The notes beneath the pieces are model-generated. The model was not told where the DNA came from and searched no databases. It saw only the letters and a program-made list of their open reading frames with translations. Shown here in pieces: positions 50,263 to 61,061 of a stretch of DNA of 64,000 bases (its first letter is position 1; the number at the start of each line of letters is the position of its first letter). The DNA lies in contig DASTXL010000001.1 of the NCBI GenBank assembly GCA_035758565.1, positions 203,242 to 267,241 of the forward strand. Direction: 5' to 3'. A program made the translations under genes and the position numbers. This DNA comes from Candidatus Saccharimonadales bacterium. GTDB lineage: Bacteria > Patescibacteriota > Saccharimonadia > Saccharimonadales > UBA10212.

Positions 50263-50907
50263 ATGGCTAAAAACCTATATTTTCGCTACGGTGCGATGAA
50301 CTGCGGAAAGTCTACTCGCGTATTGCAAGAAGCGCACAACTACGAACAATACGATCACAAGGTGGTAGTTACCAAACCAGGAATTGACACCAAAGGCAAG
50401 GACCACATCGTTTCTCGCTTGGGCGTTCAACGAGAAGCTGATTTTGTAATTACTCCCGAAGACAGAGTATTGGAAAAGCTCGCGCCAGTTGTGGCTAGAC
50501 ATGAGATTAAGTGTGTTTTTATTGACGAAGCTCAATTCTTAACAGTGCCACAAGTGGAAGAGCTGGCTTGGGGCGTGGTGCCGCAAGACGGACTCAATAT
50601 AGCAGTTATAGCTTATGGGTTAAGATTGGATTTTCAGGCTAATGGTTTTCCGGCTAGCGAAAAATTAATGCTCGAGGCTGACAAGGTCGAGGAAATGCCC
50701 GCCATATGTCCATGCGGCGACCATAAAGCTAGATTCAACGCTAGGATGGTCGATGGGGAGTATACTTTTGAAGGAGATCAAGTGGCAATTGACGGCGAAG
50801 GCGTGAGCTACGTGTCGCTTTGCAGAGATTGTTTCCGTAGGGAAGCCTCGAAATCAGAAGCTGGGCGGACGGCGCTCATGAATGCGGGCAATTTGGTGCT
50901 TGTCTAA
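50263..50907 (+). CDS. tdk: Thymidine kinase
   Basis: GAMNCGKST P-loop, FIDEAQF motif, and zinc-ribbon cysteines (CPCG...C..C). Confidence 0.85.
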   Translation: MAKNLYFRYGAMNCGKSTRVLQEAHNYEQYDHKVVVTKPGIDTKGKDHIVSRLGVQREADFVITPEDRVLEKLAPVVARHEIKCVFIDEAQFLTVPQVEELAWGVVPQDGLNIAVIAYGLRLDFQANGFPASEKLMLEADKVEEMPAICPCGDHKARFNARMVDGEYTFEGDQVAIDGEGVSYVSLCRDCFRREASKSEAGRTALMNAGNLVLV

Positions 50908-50915
50908 AGGATTGT

Positions 50916-52394
50916 ATGGCGCAGGTTTTATATAGAAAATATCGCTCTAAAAGTTTTGCCGACGTAGTTGGGCAGGAGCATATTACCGACACCCTGCAAA
51001 AAGCCATTAAAAGCGGCCGCATTAGCCACGCCTATTTATTTACTGGCCCAAGAGGCGTAGGCAAGACATCCGTCGCCCGTATTTTGGCCCATGAGGTCAA
51101 TGGCTTGCCTTACGAAGACGAATCGATTCACCTAGATATTATCGAAATCGACGCGGCCAGCAACCGCCGGATTGAAGAAATAAGGGATTTGCGCGATAAG
51201 GTCCATATTGCGCCAACCAGCGCCAAATATAAGGTTTATATTATCGACGAAGTCCATATGCTAACCCGCGAGGCGTTTAACGCTTTATTAAAAACCCTGG
51301 AAGAGCCGCCAGAACACTGCATATTTATCTTGGCTACCACAGAGGCCCACAAACTGCCAGAAACGATCATTAGCCGCACTCAGCGTTTTGAGTTTAAATC
51401 TATTGCCAATGCTTCGGCAGTTGGGCATTTGGCTTACCTTGCCAAGAAAGAAAAGATAGATATAGATAAAGGCGCCCTGGAGCTGCTAGCCGAGCACGGC
51501 GCCGGCAGTTTCCGCGACAGCATTGGCTTGCTGGATCAACTATCGGCCAGCGGCCAGAAAATCACCGAGCAAACCGTACGAGAATTCCTAGGCTTGCCGC
51601 CGGCTAAGCTAGTTCAAGCCCTGTCGGCCGCTATAGAAAGCGGCGATAGCAAGGCCGCGCTAGCTTGCCTGGATGAATTAAGAGATCAGGGCATAAGTGC
51701 CGCCGCTACGGCCAAGCTGCTGGCTAAAAATCTTAGACAAGCCTATATTGCCTCGCCGCAAAGCTGGATGGGCAGAGCGCTGAAAGACCTGATTGAAGTT
51801 CCGGCCAGTACGCGCCCCTTAGAGAATCTGGAAATAGTTGTTTTAGAAGCTTGTGCCGCTAACCTGGAACTGGCCGTGCCACGCTCGTCTGCCGCCAGTG
51901 TTAAATCACCAGAAATCCAAGTTAAGGTAGCTGCTCCAAAAATCGAAATTGAATCACCAGCCAAAATCGAAGAAGTTAAAAAAGAGTTAATGACCGAAGT
52001 GGCTAAACCCAAAAAACCGCGTATAGTCAGTGAGTTAAACGATCAAGCCTGGGAAGAAATTGTCGCTAAGGTTAAAGAGCAGGCTGCATCGCTTTATACG
52101 GCACTTAGGCTAGCTACCCCAGAAGTAGCCGATGGCAAGTTAACCTTGGCTTTTCAGTTTCCGCTGCATCAGAAAAAAGTTAGCCAAGCCCAGCACCGCG
52201 AACTAATTGGTCAAATTGTCGCTCAGGTGACGGGCCAAGATCTAATCATAGAGTCAGTCGTGGATAAATCTAAGAAGCCACAGCCCAAACAAGAAAAGAA
52301 GCCAGAACCAAAACCAGTAAAAACCAAGCCGGATAACGGCTCTTTAGAAAGCATAAGCAATATCTTCGGCGAAGCCGAGGTGATAGAATCCTAA
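50916..52394 (+). CDS. dnaX: DNA polymerase III subunit gamma/tau
   Basis: YRKYRSKSFADVVGQEH, GPRGVGKTS, IDEVHML and SRTQRF motifs. Confidence 0.9.
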   Translation: MAQVLYRKYRSKSFADVVGQEHITDTLQKAIKSGRISHAYLFTGPRGVGKTSVARILAHEVNGLPYEDESIHLDIIEIDAASNRRIEEIRDLRDKVHIAPTSAKYKVYIIDEVHMLTREAFNALLKTLEEPPEHCIFILATTEAHKLPETIISRTQRFEFKSIANASAVGHLAYLAKKEKIDIDKGALELLAEHGAGSFRDSIGLLDQLSASGQKITEQTVREFLGLPPAKLVQALSAAIESGDSKAALACLDELRDQGISAAATAKLLAKNLRQAYIASPQSWMGRALKDLIEVPASTRPLENLEIVVLEACAANLELAVPRSSAASVKSPEIQVKVAAPKIEIESPAKIEEVKKELMTEVAKPKKPRIVSELNDQAWEEIVAKVKEQAASLYTALRLATPEVADGKLTLAFQFPLHQKKVSQAQHRELIGQIVAQVTGQDLIIESVVDKSKKPQPKQEKKPEPKPVKTKPDNGSLESISNIFGEAEVIES

Positions 52395-52414
52395 AGAAGA
52401 ACAGGGTTAGTTAG

Positions 52415-53779
52415 ATGCCAAAGCCTCCCGTCGAAACCGCTCCGCAAAGCCTCGATATTGAGGCCAGTTTACTGGGCAGCATTTTAATTGACAGCGAGAG
52501 CTTTATTAAGATCGCCGATATGGTTCAAGCCGACGATTTTTATGATGAGCGGCACAAGGCGATATTTGCCGCCATGCGCACGCTGCACGATCGCCGCAGC
52601 CCGATAGATATCTTAACTTTGAGCGAACAACTCAAATCACTTGGCCAGCTGGACGGCGTGGGCGGCGCCAGCTATTTAACCGAGCTAACTAACACCGTGC
52701 CCACGGCCACACACCTTGAGCAGTATGCTGAAATCGTAGCCGATAAGGCTATTCGCCGCCGCTTGATTAGCGCTTCGCGAGATATTGCCAACATTGGCTC
52801 AGACGAAAGCAAAACCTTGCAGGAGCTGATCGAAGAGGCCGAGACCAGGCTGTTTGAAGTCAGCCAGCGGCACGTGCGCCAAGACATTACCAGCCTGGAA
52901 TCAATCCTAGAGGCTAGTTTTGATAGAATTGACGATTTGCACAATAACAAGGGCGCCATCCGCGGTATTCCAACCGGCCTGCGCGATTTAGATAAACTAC
53001 TTGCCGGTTTGCAGCGCTCGGATCTTATAGTTATTGCCGCCCGCCCGAGCATGGGCAAGACGGCGCTGATGCTAAATATCGCCCTTAACGTGGCCACCAA
53101 GGCCAAGCAAGGCTCGGTGTTAATATTCAGCCTAGAAATGGGTAAAGAGCAGCTTGTAGACCGCTTATTGGCCGCTGAAGCCGGCGTTGACGCCTGGAAG
53201 CTCCGGACTGGCGAAGGCTTAGACACCAAGGATTTTGAACGGCTTAGCGCCGGCATGGGCGAGCTGGCCGAAGCGCCGATTTTTATTGACGACACTTCTG
53301 GTATTACGGTCAGCGATATGCGCACCAAAGCTCGCCGCTTGCACCACCAGCATCCACTGGCATTAATCGTGGTTGACTATTTGCAGCTGATGAGCGGCGG
53401 TTCACGCTTTGCGGCCACCGCTAATCGTGTGCAGGAAATATCTGAAATTAGCCGTAGTTTAAAGATTTTGGCCCGCGAATTAAATGTGCCGGTCGTAGCC
53501 CTAAGCCAGTTGAGCCGCTCCGTAGAAAACCGCACGCCGCAAATTCCGCAATTGGCCGACCTGCGCGAATCAGGATCAATCGAGCAAGATGCCGATATCG
53601 TGGCTTTTCTTTACCGCGAAGATTACTATAACCCCGATAGCGACAAGCAAAACATCACCGAAATACTGGTTAAAAAACATCGTAACGGCCCGACTAAAAA
53701 CATTGACCTCTACTTCGACAGAGTCAAGCAGCGGTTCCGCGACTTAGACGTCGCGCACGACCAACCGTTCGAGTCCTAG
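52415..53779 (+). CDS. dnaB: Replicative DNA helicase DnaB
   Basis: PQSLDIEASLLGSIL, ARPSMGKTA (Walker A), VVDYLQLM and LSQLSR motifs. Confidence 0.9.
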   Translation: MPKPPVETAPQSLDIEASLLGSILIDSESFIKIADMVQADDFYDERHKAIFAAMRTLHDRRSPIDILTLSEQLKSLGQLDGVGGASYLTELTNTVPTATHLEQYAEIVADKAIRRRLISASRDIANIGSDESKTLQELIEEAETRLFEVSQRHVRQDITSLESILEASFDRIDDLHNNKGAIRGIPTGLRDLDKLLAGLQRSDLIVIAARPSMGKTALMLNIALNVATKAKQGSVLIFSLEMGKEQLVDRLLAAEAGVDAWKLRTGEGLDTKDFERLSAGMGELAEAPIFIDDTSGITVSDMRTKARRLHHQHPLALIVVDYLQLMSGGSRFAATANRVQEISEISRSLKILARELNVPVVALSQLSRSVENRTPQIPQLADLRESGSIEQDADIVAFLYREDYYNPDSDKQNITEILVKKHRNGPTKNIDLYFDRVKQRFRDLDVAHDQPFES

Positions 53780-54072
53780 CAACTGCGTCGCGCAGGGCCT
53801 GTTTTCCGGCATAGCCGGAAATTCCGCCCGCGCTCTCGGCGAATCGCTGCGTTAGCTACGCTCTGTCGCTCGTTCAGAGTAGCAATTCTACACTTCACTC
53901 GCTCCTCACTGCTGCCTTGCGATTCATCCAAGCGCAGCGCTAGGATTATCGCTATGTTTCAGACGCAAAAATGATTGCTCATGATTATTTATCAGTCTTT
54001 GCACTACGCCCAAATGTAAAGCTAGGGAACTGTTATTAAGGTACAGAAAGAGGTTTTGCTATAATTGTGCTT

Positions 54073-55233
54073 ATGTATACAAGATGGCGGGAGTGGGTTA
54101 GCGACCGCTGGGAATTATCAACTTTGCTCGGCTTTGGCAGCGGCCTGTTGATTGTTATTGCCTACCTTTGGCGCTTGGGCGCTAAGCCGTTTGGAGCTAG
54201 CGAGACTAATTTAGTAAACAGCTTAAGTCTACAAAATATTAAAGACAACCCCTTAAACGCACCTCATAATTTGCTGCTGTTAGCTTTAAAACATTGGCAT
54301 CACGCCGGCCCAACAGGCGCTAGGCTAATATCTGTTATTTTTGCCTTGATCATAATTGTTTGCTTTTACCTGATGGTTAAGTTTTGGCTTGGACGATTTG
54401 GTGGCTGGCTAGGAGCTTTAATGCTGAGCTTTACACCGCTATTTATGCTTGCTGGTCGAAATGCAGGCAATAGTTTAATGGTTCTATTACCCATTGTGAG
54501 CATAGTTGCCTATATGTGGATGCTCAGAGGCGGCAAGGTTAGTTTGTGGAGACTGCTGGCCCTGACTTTAGCAGCCGTATTAAGCGCATATTCGCCAGGT
54601 GGTCTGATAGTACTGATTGTGGGCGCTATTTATGAACGTCACAACTTGGCCAAGCTATTTAAGGCAGCATCAACATTTAGTTTGGCGGTAAATATCGTGG
54701 TTCTTTTGGCCTTGCTAACTCCAATCGGCTGGGCTTCTGCCCGCCATGCGGCCACCCTAGAACAATTTTTCTTAGTTCCGGCGACTTGGCTTGGCGCGAC
54801 AGTTATAGTAAAAAGCATTGGTTGGTCGGTTCTGGCGTTGTTCTGGCACAGTAGCACGCACCACGTTTTGCAGGTTGGACAGTTGGCCATTCTTGACGCA
54901 ACCGAAATAGTACTAGCCCTGTTTGGCTTTTATGCCCTGTGGAGCAAGGCTCCAAAGAAACTTTATCCTTTAATTTTTATTGCTGCCTGCGGTGTTTTAG
55001 CGAGCGCCATAAACCAAAACTATGACCTACTGCTTGTTTGCATCATACCAATTCTAGTGGTCGCCGCTACGGGTCTTCGTTACCTGTATCTAGAGTGGAC
55101 CAGAGTGTTCCCGCGCAATCCTTTGCCGCGCGGCTTAGCCCTGATAATTTTAGTAACCGTAATAGTGGTGCATATAGCCTGGGGCGCGCATTATAGCCTG
55201 ACAGCCTGGCCGCACAGCCTACCGGTTAGATAA
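54073..55233 (+). CDS. Polytopic membrane protein, ArnT/PMT-like glycosyltransferase family suspected
   Basis: About 10 predicted TM helices. The ATG at 54073 is 7 nt after TGCTATAAT. The family assignment is tentative. Confidence 0.4.
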   Translation: MYTRWREWVSDRWELSTLLGFGSGLLIVIAYLWRLGAKPFGASETNLVNSLSLQNIKDNPLNAPHNLLLLALKHWHHAGPTGARLISVIFALIIIVCFYLMVKFWLGRFGGWLGALMLSFTPLFMLAGRNAGNSLMVLLPIVSIVAYMWMLRGGKVSLWRLLALTLAAVLSAYSPGGLIVLIVGAIYERHNLAKLFKAASTFSLAVNIVVLLALLTPIGWASARHAATLEQFFLVPATWLGATVIVKSIGWSVLALFWHSSTHHVLQVGQLAILDATEIVLALFGFYALWSKAPKKLYPLIFIAACGVLASAINQNYDLLLVCIIPILVVAATGLRYLYLEWTRVFPRNPLPRGLALIILVTVIVVHIAWGAHYSLTAWPHSLPVR

Positions 55234-55275
55234 GTGTTTTGCTAGAATATAGGTAACGAAAAGGAGTTTTTAAAA

Positions 55276-55569
55276 GTGAGTAAAGTAGACCAAGCTAAGC
55301 TAATTATGCGAGCACGCAAGCTGCAAAAAGAGCTGCAAAAAGAAATTATTACAGTTGAAGCCGGCGAAGGTGCCGTTAGGGTAGAAATCACCGGTGAGCA
55401 GAAGATCAAAAAGATCCATATCGACCCTGAATATATCGACCTGGATGACATCGGCCAGCTAGAAATGTGGGTCGAAGAAGCCGTAAAAGAAGCTATCAAT
55501 CAAAGCCAAAAGTTGGCCGCCGAAAAAATGCAGCCGATGATGGGAGCTCTTTCTGGTCTAGGCTTTTAG
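55276..55569 (+). CDS. ybaB: Nucleoid-associated protein YbaB/EbfC
   Basis: GTG start following an AAAGGAG SD. KLQKELQKE...VEAGEGAVRVEITGEQKIKKIHIDPE matches the family pattern. Lies upstream of recR. Confidence 0.8.
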   Translation: MSKVDQAKLIMRARKLQKELQKEIITVEAGEGAVRVEITGEQKIKKIHIDPEYIDLDDIGQLEMWVEEAVKEAINQSQKLAAEKMQPMMGALSGLGF

Positions 55570-55572
55570 TTA

Positions 55573-56184
55573 ATGAGCGCCGTTATCCCAGAACCGTTAC
55601 TGGACCTCATCGAGGCTCTTCGCCAGCTACCTGGCGTTGGACCGCGTTCGGCCGAGCGCTATGCCTACAGCCTATTTAAGGCCGATAGCGCCAAAGCTCT
55701 GAACCTGGCGCAACAACTGAACCGGCTGCATAAAAGCATTGGCTACTGTCCAAAGACTTTTGCGCTGATTGAGGAAGGGCAGGAGGTGAGTTCGCTCTAT
55801 GCCGACCCCAAGCGTGATAAAACCGTCGTAGCGGTAGTGGCCGAGCCTTTTGATATTGTGGCTTTAGAAAAAACCAATAGTTTTAACGGCACTTATCACG
55901 TACTGGGCGGCTTGGTGTCGCCAATTGATGGCGTGGGCCCCGAGAACCTGCATATAAGCGAACTCATCAACCGAATAGATGAAGACAATGTGCAAGAGCT
56001 AATATTGGCCACTAACGCCAGCGTAGAAGGCGAGAGCACAGCTTTACTAATCACCCAAGCCGTTGGCGATAAGCCGGTTAAAATTACTCGCCTGGCTCGC
56101 GGCTTGCCGGTTGGCGTGGATTTAGAGTACGCCGACCAAATTACCCTCACCCGAGCCCTAGAAGGCCGCCAAGCCTTACTTTAG
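55573..56184 (+). CDS. recR: Recombination protein RecR
   Basis: LIEALRQLPGVGPRSAERYAY (HhH) and a Toprim-like region (VVAVVAEPFDIVALE). Confidence 0.85.
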   Translation: MSAVIPEPLLDLIEALRQLPGVGPRSAERYAYSLFKADSAKALNLAQQLNRLHKSIGYCPKTFALIEEGQEVSSLYADPKRDKTVVAVVAEPFDIVALEKTNSFNGTYHVLGGLVSPIDGVGPENLHISELINRIDEDNVQELILATNASVEGESTALLITQAVGDKPVKITRLARGLPVGVDLEYADQITLTRALEGRQALL

Positions 56185-56194
56185 TATATAGTCA

Positions 56195-56327
56195 GCACTC
56201 GAGAAAACAGAGGGAGCGAGTAGCGAGGCAAAAGCAGTATCGAGGACTTGTCTGACGAACAAAGTGAGGAGTCCCGCAGATTCACTTTTGACGAGCAACC
56301 GAGCGACCATCTAGTTTTCGAATGTGC
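56195..56327 (-). repeat. Repeat family copy D (module 2 only)
   Basis: GCACTCGAGAAAACAGAGGGAGCGAG...CTAGTTTTCGAATGTGC parallels 47506-47640, with compensatory closing pairs (GCAC/GTGC compared with AGGC/GCCT). Confidence 0.7.
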
Positions 56328-56381
56328 TGAGAGCTTGGCGCCACCTTGTCGGCACAAGGTGGCAAAGGTACAATTATACTA

Positions 56382-57395
56382 ATGAAACTTGCTGAAATTA
56401 CCGACATTGATGAATTTGTTAAAACTCACCAGAAAATTCTAGTTGTCCAGGCCGACAACCCCGACGGCGATAGCCTGGCTAGCGCCCTTGCCTTAGAAGA
56501 AATTTTGTCCGAGCTGGGCAAGGATGTCTATTTATATTGCGGAGTTGATTTGCCATCGTATTTGCACTATTTTCCTGGTTCTGACCGCGTAACCTCTGAG
56601 GTTCCCAACGATTTTGAGGCCAGCATTATTGTAGACACCAGCAGCGATTCGTTGCTAGAGCAGCTGCGGTTAAAAAGCCAGCGCTCATGGTTGGCCGCCA
56701 AGCCGAGCTTAATCGTCGATCACCACGCCACAGCGCCAACAATAGACTTCGCCGAGCTTGCTTACGTCAAGCCGGCCGTCGCCACCTGTGAACTCATATA
56801 TGAAATTGCCAAAGGTTTAAACTGGCCCTTAACTCAGCAAGCTAAAGAATTCATTGCCATGGGAATTTTGAGCGACAGCCTAGGACTTACCTCTGAAGCC
56901 ACAACCGCCCGTTCAATCCATATTATTGCCGAGTTGGTTGAAGGCGGTGTGAGCCTGGCAGAGCTAGAAAACGCCCGCCGCGAAACCATGCGCCGCGAGA
57001 CCGAGCTAATTCATTACAAAGGCCGTTTATTAGAGAGAGTTGAATTCTATAGCGATAACCGCATTGCTACCGTAACTATTCCGTGGGAAGAAATCGAGCG
57101 CTATAGCCCGTTATACAATCCGCCAATGTTGGTTATTGACGACATGCGACTGGCCAAGGACACCGACGTAGCTATCTGCTTTAAGGTTTACCGCGACGGC
57201 AAAATTACCGGTAAAATTCGCTGCAATTACGGCAAGGGAATCGGCGATAAATTAGCCGAGCATTTTGGCGGCGGCGGCCACCCATACGCTGCCGGTTTTA
57301 AGCTAACCGACGGCCGAAATTTTGAAGACGTAAAAAGCGAATGCATCCAAGTAGCTACCAAACTTCTAGACGAGCTAGGTGGTGATAAGTCATGA
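56382..57395 (+). CDS. DHH-family phosphoesterase (NrnA/RecJ-like), second paralog
   Basis: ADNPDGDSLAS, VDHH and GGGGHPYAAG motifs. Confidence 0.65.
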   Translation: MKLAEITDIDEFVKTHQKILVVQADNPDGDSLASALALEEILSELGKDVYLYCGVDLPSYLHYFPGSDRVTSEVPNDFEASIIVDTSSDSLLEQLRLKSQRSWLAAKPSLIVDHHATAPTIDFAELAYVKPAVATCELIYEIAKGLNWPLTQQAKEFIAMGILSDSLGLTSEATTARSIHIIAELVEGGVSLAELENARRETMRRETELIHYKGRLLERVEFYSDNRIATVTIPWEEIERYSPLYNPPMLVIDDMRLAKDTDVAICFKVYRDGKITGKIRCNYGKGIGDKLAEHFGGGGHPYAAGFKLTDGRNFEDVKSECIQVATKLLDELGGDKS

Positions 57396-58804
57396 AATTG
57401 TTTAACACGCTCGGCCGCAAGCTAGAAGATTTCTCACCAATAAATGATAACGAGGCGCGTATCTACACCTGCGGGCCAACTGTTTACGACTATCAGCATA
57501 TTGGCAATTACAGCGGCTATATTTACTGGGACGTTCTGGTTAGATTACTTAAATTCAAAGGCTATGATGTAAACCGCGTCATGAATATAACAGACGTAGG
57601 GCACTTAGTAAGCGACGCCGATGAAGGCGAGGACAAGCTGGAAAAGGGCGCTCACCGCGAAGGCAAAACCGCCCGAGAAGTTGCCGACTTTTACACCGAA
57701 GACTTTAAGAAAAATTTCAAATCCTTGAACCTGCTTGAACCAAGTCAATTTGCTAAGGCTACCGATTATATTCCGCAGCAAGTAGAAATGGTTCAAACAC
57801 TAATCGATAAAGGTTTCGCCTATAAAACTAGGCAGGCAATCTACTTCGATGTTCAAAAGCTCGACGACTACGGCAAGCTGACCGGACAAAAGTTATCGGA
57901 TAAAGAAGTCGGCGCTCGAAGCGAAGTTGTAACGGACAGTGCGAAACACCACCCACAAGATTTTGCGTTATGGTTCTTTACGATAGGTAGATTCGCTAAC
58001 CATGAAATGCATTGGTCAAGCCCATGGGGCGACGGATTTCCTGGTTGGCATATCGAATGTTCGGCTATAATCCACGCCATCCTTGGCGATCCCATAGATA
58101 TTCACACTGGTGGAGTCGACCATATCGGCACTCACCACACTAACGAAATCGCCCAAACCGAAGCCGCCTTTAACAAACCGCTTTCTAGGTTCTGGCTGCA
58201 CAACAATCATATGATGGTCAACGGCCATAAAATCAGCAAGTCTTTGGGTAACGGCTTTACTTTGCAAGACTTAGAAAAACGCGGCTATTCGCCAATGGAC
58301 TTCAAAATGCTAGTTTTACAAAGCCATTACCGCAGCCAGTCTAACTTCAGCTGGGAAGCGCTCGAGGCTGCTAAAAATCGTTTAAAAAGGTTTCGAAATT
58401 TTGCTGTTAGGCGTTTCCAAGAAGCTCAACCAGCTGCTGGTTCCTTTTCGCCAGCTATGATAGTTGTGAGTAAGTTCAGCACCATTCCTGCATTAGAAAA
58501 TGACTTAAACACTCCTGAAGCACTAGAAAAGATCGAGCAATTCATAGAGGGCGTAGAGAATAAATCACTAGCTGATGAGAAATTTTTAATCGGACCATTT
58601 GTAAAGCAAATAGATGATCTTTTCGGACTTGACCTGATGAGCGCATCAGATATCAGCAGCGATGAAAAAGATCTAATAAATCAGCGCGAAATTGCGCGCA
58701 AGGATCAGGATTGGCAAAAGTCCGATGAGCTGCGTGATAAGTTAGCTGAGCAGGGAATTGGCATAAACGACACGCCGCAAGGCCCAGTTTGGTACCGACT
58801 CTAA
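57392..58804 (+). CDS. cysS: Cysteine--tRNA ligase
   Basis: YTCGPTVYDYQHIGN, WHIECS and KISKSLGN motifs. Confidence 0.9.
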   Translation: MKLFNTLGRKLEDFSPINDNEARIYTCGPTVYDYQHIGNYSGYIYWDVLVRLLKFKGYDVNRVMNITDVGHLVSDADEGEDKLEKGAHREGKTAREVADFYTEDFKKNFKSLNLLEPSQFAKATDYIPQQVEMVQTLIDKGFAYKTRQAIYFDVQKLDDYGKLTGQKLSDKEVGARSEVVTDSAKHHPQDFALWFFTIGRFANHEMHWSSPWGDGFPGWHIECSAIIHAILGDPIDIHTGGVDHIGTHHTNEIAQTEAAFNKPLSRFWLHNNHMMVNGHKISKSLGNGFTLQDLEKRGYSPMDFKMLVLQSHYRSQSNFSWEALEAAKNRLKRFRNFAVRRFQEAQPAAGSFSPAMIVVSKFSTIPALENDLNTPEALEKIEQFIEGVENKSLADEKFLIGPFVKQIDDLFGLDLMSASDISSDEKDLINQREIARKDQDWQKSDELRDKLAEQGIGINDTPQGPVWYRL

Positions 58805-59904
58805 ACAGCCTGGATGGTTTCGTTTTTGGTGGGCGGTTTTACGCCCGGATTTTTATGTTTGAAATAATCTTCTAGAAGGACTTTGACGGCGCTAGCAGCG
58901 GGTATGGCTACGATAGCACCCAGAAATCCTGCGAGGCCGACACCAAGCAGCGCCGCGACAAAAACCGACAGAGCAGTCAGTTTATTAAGCCGCGACTGGA
59001 TGAACGGCTGGAAGGTGTGGTTCTCTACGAAGAAATAAACGATGAAGTAAATCAGCATGACTATGGCCAGGCTCAGGGAGTTCAACAGGCAGACTAAAAT
59101 AACGACCGTCGAGGCGATCGGGTTACCGAACAGGGGTATCAGCCCGAAGACGGAGACTATGCCGGCCAGTGCGGCGGCATTGATGCTGACATCCATGACG
59201 TGACTGGCGATCTCGAGCGCCAAAAAGGCGAAAAATCCGGCGATCAGAGCAATTATAACTTGTCCGTTGACGAAGCCGCTGACACCTTTATACATCTGCC
59301 TGGCAAGATCTTTGCGGTGGGCGCGCTTGCTTGCGGGCACGATGCCCCAATAAAGATCGAGCCAGTACGGACCCTCGACCAACATCATGAACGTCATGAC
59401 CAAAACAGCTAAAATCGAGGTAACGATCTCGGCTATCCGTTTGCCGGTGTCCCAGACAGTCGTACCGAAATTGCCATAATTATTGGCAAAGTCGCGGGCC
59501 GAGCTGGAAAGCTTCTGATCGAGTTTATACTTACGCGCCTCCCGGGCGAGCGTGCTATCCTGGTGCTGAAAATTATCAACCAGATGCGGGACCTCATTGA
59601 TGAAGGTGCGAGTTTGTTTGACCAGCGGCGGAGTCACCAGAATAAAGAAGGCGGCCAAGACCGCAATCACCAGTACATAAGCTAGCGATGTGGCTTGCAC
59701 GCGGCCTTTTATGCCCGAGCGGCGCGATAACCAGCTAACTACCGGGTTGAGCGCCAGGGCTAAAAAGAACGACGCGAAGATAAGTATAAGGATATGACTG
59801 ACGCGGCCGATGACCTTGAAGGCAACGACTGTCGCGACCACCCAGAGAATAGAGCGGAAGATTGTCCGGTTTGTTACACTGACGACAATTTTGTCAGATT
59901 TCAT
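58801..59904 (-). CDS. AI-2E family transporter (PerM/UPF0118)
   Basis: 367-aa polytopic protein whose topology and sequence pattern are typical of the family. Confidence 0.55.
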   Translation of the reverse strand: MKSDKIVVSVTNRTIFRSILWVVATVVAFKVIGRVSHILILIFASFFLALALNPVVSWLSRRSGIKGRVQATSLAYVLVIAVLAAFFILVTPPLVKQTRTFINEVPHLVDNFQHQDSTLAREARKYKLDQKLSSSARDFANNYGNFGTTVWDTGKRIAEIVTSILAVLVMTFMMLVEGPYWLDLYWGIVPASKRAHRKDLARQMYKGVSGFVNGQVIIALIAGFFAFLALEIASHVMDVSINAAALAGIVSVFGLIPLFGNPIASTVVILVCLLNSLSLAIVMLIYFIVYFFVENHTFQPFIQSRLNKLTALSVFVAALLGVGLAGFLGAIVAIPAASAVKVLLEDYFKHKNPGVKPPTKNETIQAV

Positions 59905-59909
59905 TGATA

Positions 59910-61061
59910 TTAATTATGCTCGTTTTTATTTTTATTGGCAATCAGCGAGTGGTAGATAGATTCGATTTGTCTGCCGACCACGTTGACGTCGTATTGTTTG
60001 ACAGCTTGCTCCTGCCAGGTATGCAGATCCGCGGCCAGTTTGCTATTAGTCAATAGAGACATGAGTCTTTGACTGAAAATCTCTGAATCCCTGGGATCCA
60101 CGAGCAGCTCTTCTCGTTCGCCAAGCACGCTGCGATAGCCGGGATTGTCGCCGCCCAAAACCACACCTGAACCAGCCGCCATCGCTTCGATCAAGACAAT
60201 ACCAAAAGCTTCTCCGTAAAGCGCCGGAAAACAGGCAAGTCGCGCTCCGGCAAGCAGCTTGGCCTTTTCTTCTTCGCTAACAAAACCAAAAAATTCGACA
60301 TTAGAACCTAGCTTGTTCTCTTTGACATAGTTTTTGAGCATTGATTCCAGCCCGCCGGCGCCAGCAACTCTAACCTTTATCTTCGACATGCCAGGCTCTT
60401 TAACCAAAATATTGACGGCTTTGAGCAGTTCTAGGCAGCCTTTGCGCCCGACTAGTCTGCCAAGAAATACAATATCGCTTTTGCTGACAGCGCCATGAGA
60501 ACGGAATTTAGATATGTCTACGGCATTGGGCAAAATTTCGGTTTTGAACCCGTAAGCCACGCGAGCAAATTCGGCAGAGGCTCGGCTGACACTAACCATC
60601 GCGTCAAAACGATGTTTGCTGTTAGCCAGAGCAATTCTAAGCAGGCGCGACCCAAATTGCGAAAGCCACCCAGCTGGAAAGATATGAAATGTTCCAAGAA
60701 TAACCGTATTTTTAGGAGCGAGCCTAATTACGCGCGAAGCAAGCAGCGGCGAATAGGGAACTTGCACGTGCAGTACGTCGAATTTTTCTTCATGCAAAAT
60801 TTTCTTAATTTGGCGGCGGCTAGCCGGACCGGGAATTGTGAGCCTGTTGCCGTTGAAGCGGACCTTATAATTCTTAGAAAGGCTATAGATTTTGCCGCCC
60901 TGCCAGGATTCAAGTTTGGTTTCGCCGACCAAATACCTAACTTCGTGACCTTGGCCTGAAAGCCACGCACCTATAGTTTTGACATACTGGGCGACGCCAT
61001 CCGAGCTATCAAGGGTGTCGTCAAAGACAAACCCAATCTTAAGCTTTGGCGTGTTCTTCAT
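59910..61061 (-). CDS. Glycosyltransferase family 4 (GT-B)
   Basis: The start was trimmed to MKNTPKLKIGFVFDD. EAFGIVLIEAMAAG (E-x7-E region). Confidence 0.7.
   Translation of the reverse strand: MKNTPKLKIGFVFDDTLDSSDGVAQYVKTIGAWLSGQGHEVRYLVGETKLESWQGGKIYSLSKNYKVRFNGNRLTIPGPASRRQIKKILHEEKFDVLHVQVPYSPLLASRVIRLAPKNTVILGTFHIFPAGWLSQFGSRLLRIALANSKHRFDAMVSVSRASAEFARVAYGFKTEILPNAVDISKFRSHGAVSKSDIVFLGRLVGRKGCLELLKAVNILVKEPGMSKIKVRVAGAGGLESMLKNYVKENKLGSNVEFFGFVSEEEKAKLLAGARLACFPALYGEAFGIVLIEAMAAGSGVVLGGDNPGYRSVLGEREELLVDPRDSEIFSQRLMSLLTNSKLAADLHTWQEQAVKQYDVNVVGRQIESIYHSLIANKNKNEHN

Noticed and set aside
52672-53328. 218-aa minus-strand ORF inside dnaB
   Set aside because: It is antisense to a well-supported DnaB coding region. 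It is Ser/Arg/Leu-rich, as is typical of shadow ORFs.
60495-60959. 154-aa plus-strand ORF inside the GT4 glycosyltransferase gene
   Set aside because: It is a shadow ORF opposite a gene with clear GT-B motifs.
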